Shown: piece after piece, positions 10,386 through 19,578 of the stretch
Layout: each line of letters starts with the position of its first letter
Numbering within the stretch: the stretch's first letter is position 1
Source: Pseudogymnoascus verrucosus
Taxonomy: Eukaryota
Reading direction: 5' to 3' (one strand)
Length of the DNA: 20,000 nucleotides
NCBI GenBank assembly: GCA_001662655.1
Contig: KV460261.1
The notes under the pieces: model-generated
Told to the model about the DNA's origin: nothing
Seen by the model: only the letters and a program-made list of their open reading frames with translations
The model's database searches: none
Translations under genes and position numbers: made by a program

Positions 10386-12378
10386 ATGTTTGGCGCCGGC
10401 ACGCAGTTCCGTGGGTTGCAGAAGCCGGCGTTAGAGGCAATCATGAAGCACGACAGCCCCATATTGATCGTGATGGGGACGGGGGTGGGGAAGTCGATGT
10501 TGTTCCAGATTCCCGCAAAGAGCGTGTCATCCAGGACAACAATTGTCTTCACGCCGTTAGTGTCGTTGCAGGACCATATGGTTAAGCGGTGTCAGCAGGT
10601 TGGGATTTCGTGTACGAAGTGGGATAGTCAGCGCATAGGGGAAATGCAAGCACAGATCGTCATCGTCACACCCGAGTCAGCGGTCAGCAAGGCGTTCAGC
10701 ACGTTTTTGAATGATATGCAGGGTTGTCAGGAGTTGGTCCGCATCGTGTTTGACGAGTGTCACACCGTCATGGACAGCACGCCCGATTTCCGTCTCTAGA
10801 TGCAGCAGTTAGGGGCATTATCCACGCGGGAGGTGCAGATGGTGTTTTTGACGGCAACACGTTGCCGAAGCATACTAAGCCCGAGTTCATGCGAATTATG
10901 AAGATTAAGCTGGAAGAGGTGCAGACGTTTCAGGGGCCCACGACGCGGCGTAACATTGCGTATTCCGTTCATAAGTATGCCGAGGGGAGCGACGAGACGG
11001 AGGCCATTTGCCAGTTGGTAGGTGAGAAGTTAGAGCAGTATACGGCGCCCGCCAAGATCATTGTGTACGGGGGCACGATCGAGCGGACATAGGAGTTGAG
11101 CAAGGCATTAGGTTGTCACTAGTATTACCGCGAGGTAGGCGACCGAGACGAGAAGGGTGCGATTATGGAACGGTAGCAGCGTGGCGATGGGCGGTTGATT
11201 GCAGCGACGAACGCGTTTGGGTTGGGAATTGATGCCCCTGATGTCTAGGTGGTGGTCCATGCTGGGGACATTTACTAGATGCGGAGTTATAGTCAGGAGA
11301 GCGGCCGTGGTGGAAGGGATGGTAATCGGAGTGAAGCCATCGTCGTGATGCCAGCCGGCAAGCAGGAGGAGTTGCAAATAGCACGGGCCAAAGCGCGGAC
11401 ACAACCGTGGAAGATCCAGAGTCGCGTGTTGCGGCCGTGGGAGACCAAGCAGGTGGAGCGGAGAAGATAGAGAGGTTTTTGAGTGGCAGTAAGTGTAGAC
11501 GGATATATTTGGATAGCGAGATGGACAACTGATAGGATCGGAAAAGGTGCGAGGTAGGGGAGGAGCAGTGCGATGTGTGCGAGAAGGATGATGCCATAGT
11601 TGAAGACGGAGAGGCACGACGGGCGGCATACGTTGAAGAACAGAGAGCGATTTAAGAGCAGGCAGCACAAGCCGAGCGTGAGAGACAGGGCCGGTGGGTG
11701 GACAGCGGAATTGACGTTCCTAGCAGCATGTATATTCCAGCGCCGAGCAGTGACGTTTAGTTCCCGGGAGTGTCATTGTTGCCAGTCCCCAGCCATTCAC
11801 GGGTTAAAATGCAACGTCTAGTGAGGAGGAGGGCCAGTCCATACACCGTTCACGTTGTAGTTCGGTCAGTTTCGATAAAGGGTTTACGGCCGACCAAGAT
11901 CCGGTTGGCGAGAGCCGTACGTTCGAGGCCTAGAAGCAACAGCGAAGCCAGCAACGATGGCGAATCGAGGCCGACAGCCAGCGGGAAGGGCATGAGGTGT
12001 GGAATCTAGAGACCCGGTTGGATTCGTGGGTAAGCAATTGCCCGTTATGTTACGTCCGACAGTGACAAGGTTAGGAGGTTGATGTCCGGCATACATTAGA
12101 GAATTGCCCTGATGAATCACGGACGAAGGTGATTATAGAGATTGAGGCATTAAAGACGATCCGATTTGAGCCATATGCTAGTTGTACGTTTTGCACGGTG
12201 GCGCAGAAGGTGTGTACGCGGTGGGCAGAGACGCGAGAGGGCAGCAATCGTTTCTGGAAGGTCGAAGGAGGAGAATGTCAGTACGATGGGATTTTGCGCG
12301 CAGCCGTGGCAGCCATGAGTATTGCAGCGCCGGTAGAGGTGTTCAAGGAAGGGTTGTATGGGAGATGAAGGCGCTGGG
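10386..12378 (+). pseudogene. RecQ-like SF2 helicase (telomere-linked helicase type) pseudogene 1, 5'-truncated
   Basis: Motif 0 FRGLQ, Walker A GTGVGKS, TPLVSL, VTPE, DECH, LTAT (frameshift ~10860), ATNAFGLGID, QESGRGGRDG, Zn-binding CRR..LD..MD..C..CDVC, then a Cys-rich tail. In-frame TAG stops at 10797, 11090, 11120, 11174, 11246 and 11276, with further stops and frameshifts downstream. Confidence 0.92.
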
Positions 12379-13273
12379 CGGGAATTGACGTACCCGGGAT
12401 CACACATGTCATTCACCTCGAAGCGCCACATTCCATCATTGACTATGCGCAGGAAGCTGGGTGTGCTAGAAGGGGTGGAGAGCGTGTTGCAGCTGTGGTG
12501 GTAATTGAGGATAAAGACTGGCCAGAGGAGGACGCGGCAAAGGATAGCTGCCTTGAGGTGAAACGGCGCGAGGTGAACAGTTACATCTGGACGAAGGGGT
12601 GTCGGCGTAGGATTCTTGGGTGTTGCCTAGACAGCGACTTGCGGGACTGCAAGGGAATTGAAGCAGTGATGTGCAACAACTGCAGGCGAGAGGAATTGGT
12701 TTGGAAGAGTGAGTTGTCTACGTAAGGGATGATTATGTCTTAGGCGTACGGGCGAAGGGTGGCGCGAGGGTTGGAGCAGATGGAGTCGGCGCTAGAGGAA
12801 GTAAGGGAGCTTGGGCAGTGGGGTTGCCGGATGTGCTAGATGTTTAAAGGGGCGAAGGAGGCAAGAGGACATAAGTGGATGGAGTGCACTGAGATTAAGG
12901 AGTGCCTGAGTTTCCGAGGGTGCATGGAATTCTAGGGGAGGATTAATTATCGACGGGACAGACAGGCGCAGTTTCTAAGCTGCTTCTACTGTTATGTATC
13001 GTAGGAGCTATGCCAGGATGGGTACAAGGAGGGAGGGAAAGGGTGTTAGTAAAAGCACGTTATGATACTAACGGCGATAGCGGCAACGACGGAGGAGGGG
13101 TTATGGGGCCGGTGCAAGAGCTTGCGGGGAGAGAGGTGCAGGAGGAGACGGAGTACAGGCGGTGGCTGGAGCAAAAGCATCCTAAGTTGGTGTGCGGGCA
13201 GGAGATGACGAATGCAATGGCTGTTTTCGAGCTGGTGTTGAGATAGAGGGTTGAGAAGGGGGCTGGGAGGTAA
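12371..13273 (+). pseudogene. Second, divergent RecQ-like helicase pseudogene fragment (motif V to C-terminus)
   Basis: Frame 3 from 12381 reads GIDVPGITHVIHLEAPHSIIDYAQEAGCARRGG, then CRRRILGCCLD..C..CNNC, CRMC..H....C and SCFYCYVS*ELC. Several TAG/TAA stops and one frameshift near 13110. Probable end TAA at 13271-13273. Confidence 0.88.
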
Positions 13274-13424
13274 GGGGCGACTGGAGGGGAATGTAGGGGG
13301 AACGACGGTGCTAGTAGCCAAAATTGCTTAGTCCAAAAGGTGACTGACTACGAGCGAGGAAATACAGGTTACGTCGTGGATTACGCAAAATGTCAAGTGG
13401 TATAGGTGTCGCATTACGGGTTAG

Positions 13425-13509
13425 TGCATGAGGTTCCCGATGAGTTATCATATGGGTCACTGCATGAGGTGCCGTACGAGGTTTAGTGAGGGGTTGTTGG
13501 ACGAGGTTT
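13425..13509. repeat. Cluster of short direct repeats with an AYGAGGT core
   Basis: TGCATGAGGT at 13425 and 13461; ACGAGGTTT at 13476 and 13501. Confidence 0.75.
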
Positions 13510-13778
13510 TCTATAGGGCCTATCGTTTAGGGGAACCAGTAGAGTTTTGACGTTAGTTTGCAGTGCATACGGTGCCATGGACGGCACCGCGCAAGGCATC
13601 GCGCATCAGCAGTGTATATAATGGGGAGGAATTCTGGTTTGGTGGATTTGTTAGAGTGAAAGATGGATATTCTCATAACAGTGGAATTGTGCAGTTCTGA
13701 TTAAAACACGTCACACTTAAACATCAAACTTTACTCCAACTTTACCCTCTCCTTAATACCAACCATAAGGCCTCAACT

Positions 13779-14315
13779 ATGAATGCCATAACTACGCAAG
13801 GTACTGGGGTCGAAGCAGCAGAATGGGTTGGGCTTGGAGTACGAGGGTTAGGGTTGGAAGCTCGATGGGTTATTTAGAAAGGGGTGTTTTTATATTACCC
13901 AGTTTTCCTCTCTACAGCCGACATAATGGATCACGGAAACGAAACTCATCAAATGCTAGGGTGCCATCCGTCTGAGTTTATAAAGTTTGTAATAGAGGAA
14001 CGCCCTAAGATCCTCTGGAGACATTTGGTGAAGGAGGACGGCTATATTGATGACGACGACAACTATAATAAGGAGTTCGCAGAAGGTGTTTTGCTGCGGC
14101 GGGAACGTTTCATGGGAGATGATGAGAGTGGAAAGCAGATTGTGAAGGAAGCACGGGAGATCTACTATGGGGAGAATACGTTCAGCGTGGAGTCTCACTG
14201 CCTTCGTGTGTTTCTTATACGCGATACTCGGGCGGATGGAAAGCCCATGGCGGTAGAGCCATTTGTGAGCGGCCTCCTCCTGTGTGCGGACAGTCGCCAT
14301 ATAAAGCACGGATAA
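13779..14315 (+). CDS. Small hypothetical protein, possibly a truncated gene; exons possibly 13779-13800 and 13918-14315 (alternative ATG at 13926)
   Basis: Protein-like composition with an EAREIYYGENTF motif that resembles the EAxxxxYxxNxF seen in many uncharacterised fungal proteins. Phase-compatible donor (G|GTACTG, 13801) and acceptor (pyrimidine tract plus CAG ending 13917), but no clear branch site. TATATAA near 13615. Confidence 0.5.
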
Positions 14316-14492
14316 ACGGTTGAAGTAAGTGGCTTGATATATAAGTCTGGTAGCGAGCACTACTTCTATTTAAATAGCCACAACGAAGAACGAAGGCAAC
14401 CGTGAGACAAATATTCGGGTAAGATGTCTAGGGTGATTCCACGGTGATATCGCTGAGGTTTTGAGGCCTGCCGCATCGGTTATATCGGAAGC

Positions 14493-15641
14493 CTATGATA
14501 GCAAGGGAGTGTCTCCGAAAATAAAGGAGGAGGGGAAACTTGTAAATTTTGTCAGTATTTTCTTGCCAAGAAAACCTGCCGATTCCCACTTACCTGTCAG
14601 GATATCTATCGCCCTGCAGCTCTGTCTTCCTTACGGCATTGCTGATTTCCTCCGCCTCAGCGGCCGACAATCTCACCTCGAGCGCACCCACATTCTCTTC
14701 CAGATACTTGATACTGCGTGTACCCGGAATTGGAATGATGTCCTGGCCACGAGCCATCAACCACGCCATCGCCAATTGAGCGGCGCTGTAACCCTTCCCC
14801 GCCGCCATTGATTTGAGCTTATCAACCAGTTCCAATATACGCGGAAAGTTATCCTCTGAATAGCGGGGCATATTGACCAGGAACGGTTGTTCTGAAGCGA
14901 GGTCCTGACGAGATTTATAACGACCGGCTAGTAATCCACGGCCCATGGGACTGTAGGCGACGACCGCGACACCTAACTCACGGCAGGTTTGGAGCAGACC
15001 GATTTTCGGATCCTCGATATCCATGGCAAAGGCGCTATATTCCACTTGCACCGCAGAGATCGGATGCACCGCGTGTGCTCGGCTGAGGGTTGCCGCGGAG
15101 ACTTCGCTGAGGCCGAGATAGCGGATTTTACCCTCGCTGAAGTATGTTAGTTAAAATGCATGAAACTTGTGCGCGATTTGACACGGAAAAATTGTAAGTC
15201 TACTTACTTCTTCAGCTCCACCATAGCCTCGATGGTTTTCTCGATGGGAGTCTTTCCATCCACGCGATGACAGTAATAGAGATCGATTGTCTCAACCCCA
15301 AGCCTATCAAGGCTCTTTTGACACGCTAATTTGACATACTCGGGACTAGAGTCGATGACTTGAGGATGGGCTAAACCAAGGCCAAATTTCGTCGCTAGGA
15401 AAACGTCGTTGAATTTCAACGGGTTCTTTTGAATCCACTTGCCAATTACATCCTCGCTATCAGCGTAGACGTCAGCTGTATCCCAGAAATGCTCTCCGAT
15501 CTCGTGAGCATGGTCCAATAACGCTAGGCGTTGCTCATCGCTGCCGGCGGGGCCGTATATGCCACCAATGCCCATGAGCCCTAGGCCAAGACCTGTGACT
15601 TGAGGGCCATGTCTACCAAGAGTTCTCGTAGGAAGAGCCAT
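14493..15641 (-). CDS. Aldo-keto reductase (AKR13/YakC-like), ~340 aa; exons 15641-15208, 15136-14594, 14538-14493
   Basis: GLGLMG; DTADVY, ATKFG and YYCHR supply the D/Y/K/H tetrad; [35 protein letters not shown]. Introns 15207-15137 (GTAAGT...CTAAC...CAG) and 14593-14539 (GTAAGT...CTGAC...AAG). Final exon [14 protein letters not shown]. Total 1023 nt in frame. Confidence 0.95.
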
Positions 15642-16117
15642 TATGTTTTAGAAGCAGTCTGAAGATTAGGGACTGATAAAATAGTGAGGGAAAGAGAGAA
15701 TCGTTAGAAGGAGGGAACTGTTCAAGCTTATATATATAATGGCCTGGGAGCAAAGTGGGCATTACTCGTACCCTGCAACGGCTGTATATCTCTAAGAAGA
15801 GATATACATTCTTAATAATGGGTCAAAGTTTGGTTTAGATCTCACAAAGTACAAAGTCCAGGCCATAAGTCCGAAGTTATCGCCACCTATGGTGGAGATT
15901 ACTCAATTAGGAAAGGCGCCTCGAGAGACTCGTGGCCAATCAAAGACTAGAAGTTCCGAGGCCATCTATTTGTAATCTATCTCGGCCCCTCTCGATTTAG
16001 CTAACCAAAGCGGACTAAATGTGCTCATTTACCGCAGACTCAGATCTCGAATCTTTTCATGTCTTTGCCTAAAGTAACATGATTCATGCTGTGAAGCTCG
16101 TAACGCCTTGAGCGGAT
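15642..16117. promoter_or_regulatory. Shared divergent promoter of the AKR and Zn2Cys6 genes
   Basis: 476 bp between the two start codons. (TA)n TATA element near 15729-15739. Perfect 11-bp inverted repeat at 15783-15808. AGTCCG at 15868 (+) and 16011-16016 (-). Confidence 0.7.
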
Positions 16118-18035
16118 ATGTCGATTCCGAGATCCGGCGGCTGGTCTAGCTCGACACCTCACGAAGCCAATGTTCAGCAGGTGAAACATGCGAAACATGT
16201 GAAGTCTGGCTGTAGTACGTGCAGGTAAGCTTTGCATTGCTCACAACAGCTATAGAAAAAATGATATTAAGTGTCGATACAGAGTTAGACGCGTTAAATG
16301 TGACGAAGAGAAACCTAATTGCCGAAGGTGTCTGAAATCTGGCCGCGCCTGCGAAGGCTATGGAATCTCTTATGGAGGCAAACTCCGATCTACGCAAAAG
16401 CCTCAGCCTAAAAGCCTACCCATTAGAAACATATCGATGGATCTCCACCTGAATGGCAGCCCAGAGCCATTTCCCGGAGTGTCTCGAGAAGAGCGGGCAC
16501 TTTTAGACTACTTTCAAAAGGCTCCGAACCTCAAAATGGGCGGCATCTTCAGATGTGAATTTTGGGACTCTTTAGTTCTTCAGGCTAGCGAGACGGCACC
16601 TGGAGTCAGGTATGCAGTTATTGCGCTTGCTTCGGTCCATCGATCTCGCTTCACTACTGGAGATGCTGGAAATACCTTCAGTCTAAAATATGATGACTCC
16701 TTTGCGCTGAAGCAATACAACAAGGCAATCAAAGACGTGATTTCGCATACGTCAGTTCGGGATCCCCAATCAATTCACATTGCTGCTATTTCCTGTATGT
16801 TGTTTATTTGTTTAGAAATGTTGCGAGGGGAGCTTCAGAGTATGAACACTCATTTCCAGCATGGAATCAATCTGATCCGCCATATTCAAGGCAGAAACCG
16901 ACGTCATCAACAGAACCGTGGCATTTTAATGATGCAGGATCCTCAGCCACTAGATGAGCATCTCATCCATGTATTCACCCGACTCCGTGTGCAATTTCTA
17001 ATGCTTGGTTATGATCCATTGGACAGTGGTCCATTGTTCGCTCCAGATGTGCGGCACACTCGACCTCTTACCATCCCAAAGGATTTCTCAACTGTAAGTG
17101 CGGTACGCCATTCCCTCGATACTATACTCAACTCGGTCGTCGACCTGATCGTCCGCATTGAAAAAGAGTACTTGACCACCAACATACATTCTCCACCGCC
17201 ACCGATCCTCGTGGGTCAGCAAAAAAATCTGCAAGTCACCGTCTCCGATTGGATTGCTGCATTCGAGACATCTATTCCGTCTCTTCTTTTACATGCCTCA
17301 TTATTTGAGAGACTCGGTCTTTGTATTCTCCGAATTTATAGTGATGTTGTCACTGTGATGCTGTCGTCTTGTTTCTCCATGAAAGAAACAGTCTATGACG
17401 CCTTCACCTCAGAATTTGAGTCTATCATTCGGTATTCAGAGGAGCTCTTTGCCCTTGGTGCCAATGCAACTCCCGGAACCAAAATCAGAGGAGAAGGTGG
17501 TCATAAACCCGCCGATTCCAAAAAGGGATCCTGTTTTAGCACCGACATGTTTTGTTACCCACCACTCTACTTCACTGCCCTCAAGTGTCGAGTTCCGCAT
17601 CTTCGACGACAAGCTGTAACATTGTTGCAACGGTGCCCACAGATTAAAGGGCTGTGGACAGGATCATTGTTGGCACGCGCTGCAACACGAATAATCGATA
17701 TAGAGGAAAGAGGATTCTCAGCCGCGTTATCCACTTCTTCTCTCTGCTGCAAAGATTCTAGGACTTCACAAATAACGAGCCCAGCTAGAGTTGTCCAGGA
17801 TAATATGTTATCGTACAAAACTAATGGTGAAGCTTGCTCCTCTGCATCTTCTCCAACACCATTCATCCTTCCTGAGTTCTCCCGAATTCATCACGTCCGT
17901 TACCTTTTTACAAAGGAGTATTTTACGTCCGGCTTCGACTCGAATGAGGGCTCACTTAGAACATTGATTTGCTATCGTTTCCAACACGAGCTGGGCAGGT
18001 CCGGTAAATGGGATATTAAGACCTGTTATATTTAA
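16118..18035 (+). CDS. Zn(II)2Cys6 transcription factor with C-terminal fungal TF domain (Fungal_trans_2-like), ~619 aa; exons 16118-16224, 16283-18035
   Basis: Intron 16225-16282 (GTAAGC...CAG) restores [34 protein letters not shown], in frame with the 532-aa ORF. FWDSLVLQAS...VRYAVIALASVH...ALKQYNKAI...LFICLEMLRG and PLYFTALKCR..LRRQA motifs. Confidence 0.93.
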
Positions 18036-18360
18036 ATCGAACATGTCTATCGTTATGTCCTGAAAAGTGTACATACAAGCTCTATATTGAGGTTAAGCAA
18101 TGTGATACTACAGACAGATCTGTAAACAGTTCCATGCTGTTTCATATTTACTAATTGTCATATGAGGCACCCTATTTCAACTTCCCACAGACTCAGAAAG
18201 AGGAAACAATAGGTGACTTATGCTGCTCAAAAAGCAACTGAGCCTGTAAAGTTTCGCCGTAAAAATACTCGACATCTATCCTAGGCTTGACACCACTCTG
18301 TATTCGCCGAACGAGGTCCCGTCAGGCTTGAAGGGTGGCTTGCACCAGAGCAATTGGCTT

Positions 18361-18522
18361 TATAGTTACTAAGATATTATGTTTTAGCCCCTACTTTAGC
18401 CCCATTTTTTACTTAGATCTTAGTACCTTAATAACTACAAGACTAACTCCTTTAGAACTTAAATAGAGTATTTCAAGTACTTATAAAAGACTGATTACGT
18501 ATTTCTATAATTTATTATTAAA
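18361..18522. mobile_element. Short RIP-mutated AT-rich relic, possibly a DNA transposon end
   Basis: Sharp TpA-rich block; TTTAGCCCC repeated at 18383 and 18395. Confidence 0.5.
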
Positions 18523-18884
18523 GGGTTGTTGAGATAAAATTCCCGATTTTTGGTGCAAAATGCAGTGCGCCGCGTGCTTATGGACCACGTTAAATAAAAA
18601 TAGAATATTGGCTCTTAATAACAAATCACGAGCCATTAAAGTATACGAGGTTGTTGGTTTTAGATACTGTGACCTTTCTCTATATTACTGTGCTGCGTTC
18701 GTAATTCGTACTGGATCGTTTGTTCTCGCCTTCTCATTACTCGATGGTGTGAAAGTGGGGAAAATAGTCTAAGCGTGGACAAATGATGGGTCATCACTTC
18801 CTTGCTGTAGTACTCCCTTGAGTAGATTGGAATGATTCCCGATATTTTCGATATTTTAGAATAATAACTAGTACAATATTTACA

Positions 18885-19167
18885 ATGGATCAATTTAATC
18901 ATTTGGCCGAATTTCATGTTATTATTTGCGAAGAGTGTAAGTATGCTGTGTTGCCTAGCCATATCAACACGCATTTTGCAGGGAAATCGCATAATTTAGA
19001 AGCAGATGAGTGTCGCAAGATTGCAGACGAAGTAGCCGAAGTGAGTTTCCATTCCCACCAGCCACCAGCAAGCCGATCGAAGGATTAGCCGCACTAAGGA
19101 GAGGTATGTTGCGATGCATATTTGAGAGCACAAATGGGGTGTGGGTATATATGTGGCGCGATTGCGA
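18885..19167 (+). pseudogene. DUF3505/OrsD-like zinc-finger N-terminal fragment, frameshifted
   Basis: MDQFNHLAEFHVIICEECKYAVLPSHINTHF..., then after a frameshift near 19040 EFPFPPATSKPIEGL...LRC, then after a shift near 19137 CGYIC. Matches the DUF3505 pattern as I recall it (ICxxCxYAV..H, PIxGL, C...CGY). Confidence 0.75.
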
Positions 19168-19578
19168 GCCGCGCAGCACGGCCAGCGAGAGACCATACGG
19201 CTGCTACTAAAAAATGGTGCCTCAATATCAGAGCATGAGAGGTATCACCAAACGGCGTTGCATTGGGCATCCGTGGGTGGGCACGCAGACGCAGCAGAGG
19301 AGCTTCTCTCGCAAGGCGCAGATATATCGCCTGTGAGTAGGAAGGGGCAGATATTCCTGCACTTGGCAGTGCAGAGCACGTCCGTCTAGACGGTGAGAGT
19401 ACTCTTAGAGCAAGTGGCCATGATATCTGCTCATGACCTCGAAGGAAGCTCGGCGTTGCATTTAGCGGCTGATGGCGGAAACCTGGAGATTATCGACCTC
19501 CTGATTGACAACGTCCCGGGGAGGGCTGAGGGTGCAGTACGCACGCGCTGGGGCACGACGCAGCCTAGGGTGGAATAG
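19168..19578 (+). pseudogene. Ankyrin-repeat fragment (about 4 repeats) with an internal stop
   Basis: Frame 1 reads AAQHGQRETIRLLLKNGA / TALHWASVGGHADAAEELLSQGADI / GQIFLHLAVQSTSV*TVRVLLE / GSSALHLAADGGNLEIIDLLIDN. TAG at 19387-19389, no own ATG, similarity lost after ~19512. Confidence 0.85.

Larger units (their letters stand above)
9103..13541 (+). mobile_element. Putative internally deleted RecQ-helicase-encoding element carrying a BTB gene
   Basis: CCCTAAACGGTA (9117-9128) and TATCGTTTAGGG (13521-13532) are inverted, 11/12 identical. Direct repeat AAACTAGTA (9103-9111) / GAACCAGTA (13533-13541). Short repeats at 13425-13509. RIP-type stops in the helicases imply a multicopy family. Confidence 0.4.

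Noticed and set aside
10350..10390. Spliced BTB-RecQ fusion gene
   Set aside because: No usable branch site or acceptor before the helicase start, and the helicase is riddled with stops.
10797..13246. Stop-codon readthrough, recoding or A-to-I editing of the many TAG codons
   Set aside because: Frameshifts and TAA/TGA stops co-occur, intact genes here end in TAG, and RIP explains the pattern.
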